Below, one piece after another: positions 15,001-29,900 of a DNA stretch of 64,000 bases. A program made the translations under genes and the position numbers. The notes beneath the pieces were generated by a model, which made no database searches, was not told the DNA's origin, and saw only the letters and a list, made by a program, of their open reading frames with translations. How positions within the stretch are numbered: the stretch's first letter is position 1; every line of letters starts with the position of its first letter. The stretch spans positions 4,712,001 through 4,776,000 of the forward strand of contig OZ024741.1 in the NCBI GenBank assembly GCA_964016885.1, given 5' to 3'. The stretch is from Eledone cirrhosa (taxonomy: Eukaryota).

Positions 15001-17500
15001 ACTGCAACTGTAGTTCTACTGTAGCTGTAGTTATACTGTAGCTGTAGTTATACTGTAACTGTAGTTATACTGTAACTGTAGTTATACTGTCACTAGCTAT
15101 ACTGTAGCTGTAGTTATACTGTAACTGTAGTTATACTCTAACTGTAGTTATACTGTGACTGTAGTTATACCGTGACTGTTGTTATACTGTGACTTTAGTT
15201 ATACTGTAACTGTAGTTATACTGTAGCTGTAGTTATACCGTAAATGTAGATATACTGTAGCTGTAGTTATACTGCAACTGTAGTTATACTGTAGCTGTAG
15301 TTATACTGTGACTAGTTATACAGTAGCTGTAGTTATACTGCAACTGTAGTTATACTGTAACTATAGTTATACTGTAACTGTAGTTATACTGTAGCTATAC
15401 TCTAGCTGTAGTTATACTTTGACTGTAGATATACTGTGACTGTAGTTATACTGTAGCTGTAGTTATACTGTAACTGTATTTATACTGTAGCTGTAGTTAT
15501 ACTGTAACTGTAGTTATACTGTGACTCTAGTTATACTGTAACTGTAGTTATACTGTAGCTGTAGTTATACTGTGACTGTAGTTATACTGTGACTGTAGTT
15601 ATACTGTAAGTGTAGTTATACTGTGACTGTATTTATACTGTAACTGTAGTCATACTGTAACTGTAGTCATACTGTAACTGTAGTCATACTGTAACTGTAG
15701 TCATAATGCAACTGTAGTTATACTGTAACTGTAGTTATACTGTAGCTATAATCTAGCTGTAGTTATACTTTAACTGTAGATATACTGTGACTGTAGTTAT
15801 GCAGTAACTGTAGTTATACTGTGATTTTAGTTATACTGTAGTTATACTGTAATTGTAGTTATACTGTAACTGTAGTTATACTGCAACTGTAGTTATACTG
15901 TAACTGTAGTTATACTGTAACTGTAGTCATACTGTGACTGTAGTTATACTGTAACTGTAGTTATACTGTAGCTATAATCTAGCTGTAGTTATACTTTAAC
16001 TGTAGATATACTGTGACTGTAGTTATACTGTGTCTGTAGTTATACTGTCACTGTAGTTATACTGTAACTGTATTTATACTGTAGCTGTAGTTATACTGTA
16101 ACTATAATTATACTGTAGCTATAGTTATACTGTGACTCTAGTTATACTGTGACTGTAGTTATACTGTAGCTGTAGTTATACTGTGACTGTAGTTATACTG
16201 TAGCTGTAGTTATACTGTAACTGTAGTTATACTGTGACTAGTTATACTGTGACTGTTATACTGTAGCTGTAGTTATACTGTCACTGTAGTTATAGTGTCA
16301 CTGTAATTATACTGTCACTATAGTAATACTGTAACTGTAGTTATACTGTAACTAGTTATACTTTAACTGTAGATATACTGTTGCTGTAGTTATACTGTCA
16401 CTGTAGCTATACTGTAGCTGTAGTTGTACTGTGACTAGTTATGCTGTAACTGTAGTTATACTGTAGCTGTAATTATAATGTCACTGTAGATATACTGTAA
16501 CTGTAGTTATAATGTGACTGTAGTTATACTATCACTATAGCTATGATGTAACTGTAGTTATACTGTAACTGTAGTTATACTGTAGCTGTAGTTATACTGT
16601 AACTGTAGTTCTACTGTAGCTGTAGTTATACTGTGACTGTAGTTATACTGTAGCTGTAGTTATACTGTAACTGTAGTTATGCTGTGACTGTAGTTATACT
16701 GTGACTGTAGTTATACTGTAGCTGTAGTTATACTGTGACTGTAGTTATACTGTAGCTGTAGTTATACTGTAACTGTAGTTATACTGCAACTGTAGTTATA
16801 CTGTAACTGTAGTTATACTGCAACTGTAGTTATACTGCAACTGTAGTTATACTGTAACTGTAGTTATACTTCAACTGTAATTATACTGTAGCTGTAGTTA
16901 TAGTGTGACTGTAGTTATACTGTAACTGTAGTTATACTTCAACTGTAGTTATACTTCAACTGTAGTTATACTGTAGATGTAGTTATACTGTAGCTGTAGT
17001 TATACTGTAACTGTAGTTATACTGCAACTGTAGTTATACTGCAACTGTAGTTATACTGCAACTGTAGTTATACTGCAACTGTAGTTATACTGTAACTGTA
17101 GTTATACTGTAACTGTAGTTATACTGTAACTGTAGTTATACTGTAACTGTAGTTATACTGCAACTGTAGTTATACTGTAACTGTAGTTATAATGCAACTG
17201 TAGTTATACTGTAACTGTAGTTATACTGTAACTGTAGTTATACTGTAACTGTAGTTATACTGCAACTGTAGTTATACTGTAGCTGTAGTTATACTGTGAC
17301 TGTAGTTATACTGTAACTGTAGTTATACTGTAGCTGTAGTTATACTTCAACTGTAGTTATACTGTAGCTGTAGTTATACTGCAACTGTAGTTATACTGCA
17401 ACTGTAGTTATACTGTAACTGTAGTTATTCTGTAACTGTAGTTATACTGCAACTGTAGTTATACTGTAACTGTAGTTATACTGTAACTGTAGTTATACTG
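1..17500. repeat. Left HOR domain: irregular higher-order repeat of about 2.6-4.3 kb
   Basis: The rare marker CCGTAAATGTAGAT recurs at about 353, 1576, 4316, 7211, 10437, 10554, 10943, 15238 and 17804. The marker GCTATAATCTAGC (about 2187, 2419, 5705, 8948, 13084, 15747, 15973) was seen only in this domain. The right boundary is approximate. Confidence 0.75.
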
Positions 17501-20248
17501 CAACTGTAGTTATACTGTAACTGTAGTTCTACTGTAGCTGTAGTTCTACTGTAGCTGTAGTTATACTGTAGCTGTAGTTATACTGTAACTGTAGTTATAC
17601 TGTAGCTGTAGTTATACTGTAGCTGTAGTTTTACTGTGACTGTAGTTATACTGTAGCTGTAGTTATACTGTAGCTGTAGTTATACTCTAACTGTAGTTAT
17701 ACTGTGACTGTAGTTATACCGTGACTGTTGTTATACTATGACTTTAGTTATACTGTAACTGTAGTTATACTGTAACTGTAGTTATACTGTAGCTGTAGTT
17801 ATACCGTAAATGTAGATATACTGTAGCTGTAGTTATACTGCAACTGTAGTTATACTGTAGCTGTAGTTATACTATGACTAGTTATACAGTAGCTGTAGTT
17901 ATACTGTAGCTGTAGTTATACTGCAACTGTAGTTATACTGTAACTATAGTTATACTGCAACTGTAGTTATACTGTAACTGTGGTTATACTGCAACTGTAG
18001 TTATACTGTAACTGTAGTCATACTGTAACTGTAGTCATAATGCAACTGTAGTTATACTGTAACTGTAGTTATACTGTAGCTATACTCTAGCTGTAGTTAT
18101 ACTTTGACTGTAGATATACTGTGACTGTAGTTATACTGTAGCTGTAGTTATACTGTAACTGTAGTTATACTGTAACTGTAGTTATACTGTGACTCTAGTT
18201 ATACTGTAACTGTAGTTATACTGTAGCTGTAGTTATACTGTAACTGTAGTTATACTGTAACTGTAGTTATACTGTGACTGTAGTTATACTGTAAGTGTAG
18301 TTATACTGTAGCTGGAGTTATACTGTGACTGTAGTTATACTGTGACTGTTGTTATACTTCAACTGTAGTTATACTGCAACTGTAGTTATACTGCAACTGT
18401 AGTTATACTGCAACTGTAGTTATACTGTGACTGTTGTTATACTGTCACTGTAGTTATACTGTCACTGTAGCTGTAGTTATACTGTAGCTGTAATTATACT
18501 GTAACTGTAGATATACTGTAACTAGTTATACTGTCACTATAGTTATGCTGTAACTGTAGTTATACTGTAACTGTAGTTATACTGTAGCTGTAGTTATACT
18601 GTAACTGTAGTTCTACTGTAGCTGTAGTTCTACTGTAGCTGTAGTTATACTGTAGCTGTAGTTATACTGTAACTGTAGTTATACTGTAGCTGTAGTTATA
18701 CTGTAGCTGTAGTTATACTGTGACTGTAGTTATACTGTAGCTGTAGTTATACTGTAACTGTAGTTATACTGCAACTGTAGTTATACTGCAACTGTAGTTA
18801 TACTGCAACTGTAGTTATACTGCAACTGTAGTTATACTGTAACTAGTTATACTTCAACTGTAATTATACTGTAGCTGTAGTTATAGTGTGACTGTAGTTA
18901 TACTGTAACTGTAGTTACACTTCAACTGTAGTTATACTGTAACTGTAGTTATACTGTAGCTGTAGTTATACTGTGACTGTAGTTATACTGTAGCTGTAGT
19001 TATACTGTAACTGTAGTTATACTGTAACTGTAGTTATACTGCAACTGTAGTTATACTGTAACTGTAGTTATACTGCAACTGTAGTTATACTGTAACTGTA
19101 GTTATACTGTAGCTGTAGTTATACTGTAACTGTAGTTATACTGTAACTGTAGTTATACTGCAACTGTAGTTATACTGCAACTGTAGTTATACTGTAACTG
19201 TAATTCTATCGTAGCTGTAGTTATACTGTAGCTGTAGTTATACTGTAGCTGTAGTTATACTGTAACTGTAGTTATATTGTGACTGTAGTTATACTGAGAC
19301 TGTAATTACACTGTTACTGTTGTTATACAGTAACTGTAATTATACTGTGACTGTAGTTATACTGAGACTGTAATTATACTGTGACTGTTGTTATACTGTT
19401 ACTGTTGTTATACAGTAACTGTAGTTATACTGTAACTGTAGTTATACTGCAACTGTAGTCATACTGTAACTGTAGTCATAATGCAACTGTAGTTATACTG
19501 TAACTGTAGTTATACTGTAGCTATACTCTAGCTGTAGTTATACTGTAACTGTAGTTATACTGTAACTCTAGTTATACTGTAACTGTAGTTATACTGTAGC
19601 TGTAGTTATACTGTGACTGTAGTTATACTGTAACTGTAGTTATACTGTAGCTGTAGTTATACTGCAACTGTAGTTATACTGTAACTGTAGTTATACTGCA
19701 ACTGTAGTTATACTGTAACTGTAGTTATACTGTAACTGTAGTTATACTGCAACTGTAGTAATACTTTAACTGTAGTTATACTGTAACTGTAGTTATACTG
19801 CAACTGTAGTTATACTGCAACTGTAGTTATACTGTAACTGTAGTTCTACTGTAGCTGTAGTTATACTGTAGCTGTAGTTATACTGTAACTGTAGATATAC
19901 TGTAGCTGTAGTTATACTGTGACTGTAGTTATACTGTGACTGTAGTTATACTGTGACTGTAGTTATACTGTGACTGTTGTTATACTGTCACTGTAGTTAT
20001 ACTGTAACTGTAGTTATATTGTAGCTGTAGTTTTACTGTAACTGTAGTTATACTGTAACTGTACTTATACTGCAACTGTACTTATACTGCAACTGTAGTT
20101 ATACTGCAACTGTAGTTATAGTGTAACTGTAGTTCTACTGTAGCTGTAGTTATACTGTAGCTGTAGTTATACTGTCACTGTAGCTACACTGTAGCTGTAG
20201 TTATATTGTAGTTATACTGTAACTGTAGTTATACTGTAACTGTAGTTA

Positions 20249-20270
20249 CAGTATATCTACAGTTACAGTA
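20249..20270 (-). other. 22-bp micro-inversion within the satellite (first of 10 occurrences)
   Basis: CAGTATATCTACAGTTACAGTA is the exact reverse complement of TACTGTAACTGTAGATATACTG, a normal array variant, and is flanked by AGTTA/TAACT. It also starts at about 24671, 29125, 34783, 47424, 51897, 56625, 57837 and 63075. A shortened form lies at 39307. Confidence 0.95.
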
Positions 20271-23200
20271 TAACTGTAGTTATACTGTGACTGTAGTTAT
20301 ACTCTAACTGTAGTTATACCGTGACTGTAGTTATACTGTAGCTGTAGTTATACTTTAGCTGTAGTTATACTGTAGCTGTAGTTATACTGCAACTGTTGTT
20401 ATACTGTAACTGTAGTTATACTGCAACTGTAGTTATACTGTAACTGTAGTTATACTGTAGCTATACTGTAGCTGTAGTTATACTGTAACTGTAGTTATAC
20501 TGCAACTGTAGTTATACTGTGACTGTTGTTATACTGTTACTGTTGTTATACAGTAACTAGTTATAATGTGACTTTAGTTATACTGTCACTGTAGTTATAC
20601 TGTAACTGTAGTTATACTGTAATTGTAGTTATACTGTAACTGTAGTTATACTGCAACTGTAGTTATACTGTAACTGTAGTCATACTGTAACTGTAGTCAT
20701 AATGCAACTGTAGTTATACTGTACCTATACTCTAGCTGTAGTTATACTTTAACTGTAGATATACTGTGACTGTAGTTATACTGTATCTGTAGTTATACTG
20801 TGTCTGTAGTTATACTGTCACTGTAGTTATACTGTAACTGTATTTATACTGTGACTCTAGTTATACTGTAGCTGTAGTTATACTGTAACTGTAGTTATAC
20901 TGTGACTAGTTAAACTGTAACTGTAGTTATACTGTGACTTTAGTTATACTGTGACTGTAGTTATACTTCAACTGTAGTTATACTGCAACTGTAGTTATAC
21001 TGTAACTGTAGTTATACTGTAGCTATAGTTATACTGTGACTCTAGTTATACTGTAGCTGTAGTTATACTGTGACTAGTTATACTGTGACTGTAGTTATAC
21101 TGTGACTGTTGTTATACTGTAGCTGTAGTTATACTGTAACTGTAGTTATACTGTCACTGTAGTTATACTGTAACTGTAGTTATACTGAAACTGTAGTTAT
21201 ACTGTAAATGTAGTTATAGTGTAGCTGTAGTTATACTGTAACTGTAGTTATACTGTAACTGTAGTTATACTGTAACTGTAGTTATACTGCAACTGTAGTT
21301 ATACTGTAACTGTAGTTATACTGCAACTGTAGTTATACTGTAACTGTAGTTATACTGTAACTGTAGTTATACTGTAACTGTAGTTATACTGCAACTGTAG
21401 TTATACTGTAGCTGTAGTTATACTGTGACTGTAGTTATACTGTAACTGTAGTTATACTGTAGCTGTAGTTATACTTCAACTGTAGTTATACTGTAGCTGT
21501 AGTTATACTGCAACTGTAGTTATACTGCAACTGTAGTTATACTGTAACTGTAGTTATTCTGTAACTGTAGTTATACTGCAACTGTAGTTATACTGTAACT
21601 GTAGTTATACTGTAACTGTAGTTATACTGCAACTGTAGTTATACTGTAACTGTAGTTCTACTGTAGCTGTAGTTCTACTGTAGCTGTAGTTATACTGTAG
21701 CTGTAGTTATACTGTAACTGTAGTTATACTGTAGCTGTAGTTATACTGTAGCTGTAGTTTTACTGTGACTGTAGTTATACTGTCACTAGCTATACTGTAG
21801 CTGTAGTTATATTGTAGCTGTAGTTATACTGTAACTGTAGTTATACTGTAGCTGTAGTTATACTCTAACTGTAGTTATACTGTGACTGTAGTTATACTGT
21901 GACTGTAGTTATACCGTGACTGTTGTTATACTATGACTTTAGTTATACTGTAACTGTAGTTATACTGTAACAGTAGTTATACTGTAGCTGTAGTTATACC
22001 GTAAATGTAGATATACTGTAGCTGTAGTTATACTGCAACTGTAGTTATACTGCAACTGTAGTTATACTGTAGCTGTAGTTATACTATGACTAGTTATACA
22101 GTAGCTGTAGTTATACTGTAGCTGTAGTTATACTGCAACTGTAGTTATACTGTAACTATAGTTATACTGCAACTGTAGTTATACTGTAACTGTAGTTATA
22201 CTGTAACTGTGGTTATACTGCAACTGTAGTTATACTGTAACTGTAGTCATACTGTAACTGTAGTCATAATGCAACTGTAGTTATACTGTAACTGTAGTTA
22301 TACTGTAGCTATACTCTAGCTGTAGTTATACTTTGACTAGATATACTGTGACTGTAGTTATACTGTAGCTGTAGTTATACTGTAACTGTAGTTATACTGT
22401 AACTGTAGTTATACTGTGACTCTAGTTATACTGTAACTGTAGTTATACTGTAGCTGTAGTTATACTGTAACTGTAGTTATACTGTGACTGTAGTTATACT
22501 GTAAGTGTAGTTATACTGTAGCTGGAGTTATACTGTGACTGTTGTTATACTTCAACTGTAGTTATACTGCAACTGTAGTTATACTGCAACTGTAGTTATA
22601 CTGCAACTGTAGTTATACTGTGACTGTTGTTATACTGTCACTGTAGTTATACTGTCACTGTAGCTGTAGTTATACTGTAGCTGTAATTATAATGTAACTG
22701 TAGTTATACTGTAACTGTAGATATACTGTAACTGTAGTTATACTGTCACTATAGTTATGCTGTAACTGTAGTTATACTGTAACTGTAGTTATACTGTAAC
22801 TGTAGTTATACTGTAGCTGTAGTTATACTGTAACTGTAGTTCTACTGTAGCTGTAGTTCTACTGTAGCTGTAGTTATACTGTAGCTGTAGTTATACTGTA
22901 ACTGTAGTTATACTGTAGCTGTAGTTATACTGTAGCTGTAGTTATACTGTGACTGTAGTTATACTGTAGCTGTAGTTATACTGTAACTGTAGTTATACTG
23001 CAACTGTAGTTATACTGCAACTGTAGTTATACTGCAACTGTAGTTATACTGTAACTAGTTATACTTCAACTGTAATTATACTGTAGCTGTAGTTATAGTG
23101 TGACTGTAGTTATACTGTAACTGTAGTTACACTTCAACTGTAGTTATACTGTAACTGTAGTTATACTGTAGCTGTAGTTATACTGTGACTGTAGTTATAC

Positions 23201-23989
23201 TGTAGCTGTAGTTATACTGTAACTGTAGTTATACTGTAACTGTAGTTATACTGCAACTGTAGTTATACTGTAACTGTAGTTATACTGCAACTGTAGTTAT
23301 ACTGTAACTGTAGTTATACTGTAACTGTAGTTATACTGTAACTGTAGTTATACTGCAACTGTAGTTATACTGTAACTGTAGTTATACTGCAACTGTAGTT
23401 ATACTGCAACTGTAGTTATACTGTAACTGTAATTCTATCGTAGCTGTAGTTATACTGTAGCTGTTGTTATACTGTCACTGTAGCTATACTGTAACTGTAG
23501 TTATACTGCAACTGTACTTATACTGCAACTGTAGTTCTACTGTAGCTGTAGTTATACTGTAGCTGTAGTTTTACTGTAATTGTAGTTATAGTGTAGCTGT
23601 AGTTATACTGTAGCTGTAGTTATACTGTAACTGTAGTTATATTGTGACTGTAGTTATACTGAGACTGTAATTACACTGTGACTGTTGTTATACTGTTACT
23701 GTTGTTATACAGTAACTGTAATTATACTGTGACTGTAGTTATACTGAGACTGTAATTATACTGTGACTGTTGTTATACAGTAACTGTAGTTATACTGTGA
23801 TTTTAGTTATACTGTAACTGTAGTTATACTGCAACTGTAGTCATACTGTAACTGTAGTCATAATGCCACTGTAGTTATACTGTAACTGTAGTTATACTGT
23901 AGATATACTGTACCTGTAGTTATACTGTAACTGTATTTATACTGTAGCTGTAGTTATACTGTGACTCTAGTTATACTGTAACTGTAGTT

Positions 23990-26900
23990 ATACTGTAGCT
24001 GTAGTTATACTGTGACTGTAGTTATACTGTAACTGTAGTTATACTGTAGCTGTAGTTATACTGCAACTGTAGTTATACTGTAACTGTAGTTATACTGCAA
24101 CTGTAGTTATACTGTAACTGTAGTTATACTGTAACTGTAGTTATACTGCAACTGTAGTAATACTTTAACTGTAGTTATACTGTAACTGTAGTTATACTGC
24201 AACTGTAGTTATACTGCAACTGTAGTTATACTGTAACTGTAGTTCTACTGTAGCTGTAGTTATACTGTAGCTGTAGTTATACTGTAGCTGTAGATATACT
24301 GTGGCTGTAGTTATACTGTGACTGTAGTTATACTGTGACTGTAGTTATACTGTGACTGTTGTTATACTGTCACTGTAGTTATACTGTAACTGTAGTTATA
24401 CTGTAGCTGTAGTTATATTGTAGCTGTAGTTTTACTGTAACTGTAGTTATACTGTAACTGTACTTATACTGCAACTGTACTTATACTGCAACTGTAGTTA
24501 TACTGCAACTGTAGTTATAGTGTAACTGTAGTTCTACTGTAGCTGTAGTTATACTGTCACTGTAGCTACACTGTAGCTGCAGCTACACTGTAGCTGCAGC
24601 TACACTGTAGCTGTAGTTATATTGTAGCTGTAGTTATACTGTAACTGTAGTTATACTGTAACTGTAGTTACAGTATATCTACAGTTACAGTATAACTGTA
24701 GTTATACTGTGACTGTAGTTATACTCTAACTGTAGTTATACCGTGACTGTAGTTATACTGTAGCTGTAGTTATACTTTAGCTGTAGTTATACTGTAGCTG
24801 TAGTTATACTGCAACTGTTGTTATACTGTAACTGTAGTTATACTGCAACTGTAGTTATACTGTAACTGTAGTTATACTGTAGCTATACTGTAGCTGTAGT
24901 TATACTGTAACTGTAGTTATACTGCAACTGTAGTTATACTGTAACTGTAGTTATACTGCAACTGTAGTTATACTGTGACTGTTGTTATACTGTTACTGTT
25001 GTTATACAGTAACTAGTTATAATGTGACTTTAGTTATACTGTCACTGTAGTTATACTGTAACTGTAGTTATACTGTAATTGTAGTTATACTGTAACTGTA
25101 GTTATACTGCAACTGTAGTTATACTGTAACTGTAGTCATACTGTAACTGTAGTCATAATGCAACTGTAGTTATACTGTACCTATACTCTAGCTGTAGTTA
25201 TACTTTAACTGTAGATATACTGTGACTGTAGTTATACTGTATCTGTAGTTATACTGTGTCTGTAGTTATACTGTCACTGTAGTTATACTGTAACTGTATT
25301 TATACTGTGACTCTAGTTATACTGTAACTGTAGTTATACTGTAGCTGTAGTTATACTGTAACTGTAGTTATACTGTGACTAGTTAAACTGTAACTGTAGT
25401 TATACTGTCACTGTAGTTATACTGTGACTTTAGTTATACTGTGACTGTAGTTATACTTCAACTGTAGTTATACTGTAACTGTAGATATACTGTAGCTGTA
25501 GTTATACTGTGACTAGTTATACTGTGACTGTAGTTATACTGTGACTGTTGTTATACTGTAGCTGTAGTTATACTGTAACTGTAGTTATACTGTCAATGTA
25601 GTTATACTGTCACTGTAGTTATACTGTAACTGTAGTTATACTGAAACTGTAGTTATACTGTAAATGTAGTTATAGTGTAGCTGTAGTTATACTGTAACTG
25701 TAGTTATACTGTAACTGTAGTTATACTGTAACTGTAGTTATACTGCAACTGTAGTTATACTGTAACTGTAGTTATACTGCAACTCTAGTTATACTGTAAC
25801 TGTAGTTATACTGTAACTGTAGTTATACTGTAACTGTAGTTATACTGTAACTGTAGTTATACTGCAACTGTAGTTATACTGTAGCTGTAGTTATACTGTG
25901 ACTGTAGTTATACTGTAACTGTAGTTATACTGTAGCTGTAGTTATACTTCAACTGTAGTTATACTGTAGCTGTAGTTATACTGCAACTGTAGTTATACTG
26001 CAACTGTAGTTATACTGTAACTGTAGTTATTCTGTAACTGTAGTTATACTGCAACTGTAGTTATACTGTAACTGTAGTTATACTGTAACTGTAGTTATAC
26101 TGCAACTGTAGTTATACTGTAACTGTAGTTCTACTGTAGCTGTAGTTCTACTGTAGCTGTAGTTATACTGTAGCTGTAGTTATACTGTAACTGTAGTTAT
26201 ACTGTAGCTGTAGTTATACTGTAGCTGTAGTTTTACTGTGACTGTAGTTATACTGTCACTAGCTATACTGTAGCTGTAGTTATATTGTAGCTGTAGTTAT
26301 ACTGTAACTGTAGTTATACTGTAGCTGTAGTTATACTCTAACTGTAGTTATACTGTGACTGTAGTTATACTGTGACTGTAGTTATACCGTGACTGTTGTT
26401 ATACTATGACTTTAGTTATACTGTAACTGTAGTTATACTGTAACTGTAGTTATACTGTAGCTGTAGTTATACCGTAAATGTAGATATACTGTAGCTGTAG
26501 TTATACTGCAACTGTAGTTATACTGTAGCTGTAGTTATACTATGACTAGTTATACAGTAGCTGTAGTTATACTGTAGCTGTAGTTATACTGCAACTGTAG
26601 TTATACTGTAACTATAGTTATACTGCAACTGTAGTTATACTGTAACTGTAGTTATACTGTAACTGTGGTTATACTGCAACTGTAGTTATACTGTAACTGT
26701 AGTCATACTGTAACTGTAGTCATAATGCAACTGTAGTTATACTGTAACTGTAGTTATACTGTAGCTATACTCTAGCTGTAGTTATACTTTGACTAGATAT
26801 ACTGTAGCTGTAGTTATACTGTAACTGTAGTTATACTGTGACTCTAGTTATACTGTAGCTGTAGTTATACTGTAACTGTAGTTATACTGTGACTAGTTAT

Positions 26901-29900
26901 ACTGTAAGTGTAGTTATACTGTAGCTGGAGTTATACTGTGACTGTTGTTATACTTCAACTGTAGTTATACTGCAACTGTAGTTATACTGCAACTGTAGTT
27001 ATACTGCAACTGTAGTTATACTGTGACTGTTGTTATACTGTCACTGTAGTTATACTGTCACTGTAGCTGTAGTTATACTGTAGCTGTAATTATAATGTAA
27101 CTGTAGTTATACTGTAACTGTAGATATACTGTAACTGTAGTTATACTGTCACTATAGTTATGCTGTAACTGTAGTTATACTGTAACTGTAGTTATACTGT
27201 AGCTGTAGTTATACTGTAACTGTAGTTCTACTGTAGCTGTAGTTCTACTGTAGCTGTAGTTATACTGTAGCTGTAGTTATACTGTAACTGTAGTTATACT
27301 GTAGCTGTAGTTATACTGTAGCTGTAGTTATACTGTGACTGTAGTTATACTGTAGCTGTAGTTATACTGTAACTGTAGTTATACTGCAACTGTAGTTATA
27401 CTGCAACTGTAGTTATACTGCAACTGTAGTTATACTGTAACTAGTTATACTTCAACTGTAATTATACTGTAGCTGTAGTTATAGTGTGACTGTAGTTATA
27501 CTGTAACTGTAGTTACACTTCAACTGTAGTTATACTGTAACTGTAGTTATACTGTAGCTGTAGTTATACTGTGACTGTAGTTATACTGTAGCTGTAGTTA
27601 TACTGTAACTGTAGTTATACTGTAACTGTAGTTATACTGCAACTGTAGTTATACTGTAACTGTAGTTATACTGCAACTGTAGTTATACTGCAACTGTAGT
27701 TATACTGCAACTGTAGTTATACTGTAACTGTAGTTATACTGTAACTGTAGTTATACTGCAACTGTAGTTATACTGTAACTGTAGTTATACTGCAACTGTA
27801 GTTATACTGCAACTGTAGTTATACTGTAACTGTAATTCTATCGTAGCTGTAGTTATACTGTAGCTGTTGTTGTACTGTCACTGTAGCTATACTGTAACTG
27901 TAGTTATACTGCAACTGTACTTATACTGCAACTGTAGTTCTACTGTAGCTGTAGTTATACTGTAGCTGTAGTTTTACTGTAATTGTAGTTATAGTGTAGC
28001 TGTAGTTATACTGTAGCTGTAGTTATACTGTAACTGTAGTTATATTGTGACTGTAGTTATACTGAGACTGTAATTACACTGTGACTGTTGTTATACTGTT
28101 ACTGTTGTTATACAGTAACTGTAATTATACTGTGACTGTAGTTATACTGAGACTGTAATTATACTGTGACTGTTGTTATACTGTTACTGTTGTTATACAG
28201 TAACTGTAGTTATACTGTGATTTTAGTTATACTGTAACTGTAGTTATACTGCAACTGTAGTCATACTGTAACTGTAGTCATAATGCAACTGTAGTTATAC
28301 TGTAACTGTAGTTATACTGTAGCTATACTCTAGCTGTAGTTATACTTTAACTGTAGATATACTGTACCTGTAGTTATACTGTAACTGTATTTATACTGTA
28401 GCTGTAGTTATACTGTGACTCTAGTTATACTGTAACTGTAGTTATACTGTAGCTGTAGTTATACTGTGACTGTAGTTATACTGTAACTGTAGTTATACTG
28501 TAGCTGTAGTTATACTGCAACTGTAGTTATACTGTAACTGTAGTTATACTGCAACTGTAGTTATACTGTAACTGTAGTTATACTGTAACTGTAGTTATAC
28601 TGCAACTGTAGTAATACTTTAACTGTAGTTATACTGTAACTGTAGTTATACTGCAACTGTAGTTATACTGCAACTGTAGTTATACTGTAACTGTAGTTCT
28701 ACTGTAGCTGTAGTTATACTGTAGCTGTAGTTATACTGTAACTGTAGATATACTGTAGCTGTAGTTATACTGTGACTGTAGTTATACTGTGACTGTAGTT
28801 ATACTGTGACTGTAGTTATACTGTGACTGTTGTTATACTGTCACTGTAGTTATACTGTAACTGTAGTTATACTGTAGCTGTAGTTATATTGTAGCTGTAG
28901 TTTTACTGTAACTGTAGTTATACTGTAACTGTACTTATACTGCAACTGTACTTATACTGCAACTGTAGTTATACTGCAACTGTAGTTATAGTGTAACTGT
29001 AGTTCTACTGTAGCTGTAGTTATACTGTAGCTGTAGTTATACTGTCACTGTAGCTACACTGTAGCTGTAGTTATATTGTAGCTGTAGTTATACTGTAACT
29101 GTAGTTATACTGTAACTGTAGTTACAGTATATCTACAGTTACAGTATAACTGTAGTTATACTGTGACTGTAGTTATACTCTAACTGTAGTTATACTGTAG
29201 CTGTAGTTATACTTTAGCTGTAGTTATACTGTAGCTGTAGTTATACTGCAACTGTTGTTATACTGTAACTAGTTATACTGCAACTGTAGTTATACTGTAG
29301 CTATACTGTAGCTGTAGTTATACTGTAACTGTAGTTATACTGCAACTGTAGTTATACTGTGACTGTTGTTATACTGTTACTGTTGTTATACAGTAACTAG
29401 TTATAATGTGACTTTAGTTATACTGTAACTGTAGTTATACTGCAACTGTAGTTATACTGTAACTGTAGTCATACTGTAACTGTAGTCATAATGCAACTGT
29501 AGTTATACTGTAACTGTAGTTATACTGTACCTATACTCTAGCTGTAGTTATACTTTAACTGTAGATATACTGTGACTGTAGTTATACTGTATCTGTAGTT
29601 ATACTGTGTCTGTAGTTATACTGTCACTGTAGTTATACTGTAACTGTATTTATACTGTGACTCTAGTTATACTGTAACTGTAGTTATACTGTAGCTGTAG
29701 TTATACTGTAACTGTAGTTATACTGTGACTAGTTAAACTGTAACTGTAGTTATACTGTGACTGTAGCTGTAGTTATACTGTCACTGTAGTTATACTGTGA
29801 CTTTAGTTATACTGTGACTGTAGTTATACTGTGACTGTTGTTATACTTCAACTGTAGTTATACTGCAACTGTAGTTATACTGTAACTGTAGTTATACTGT

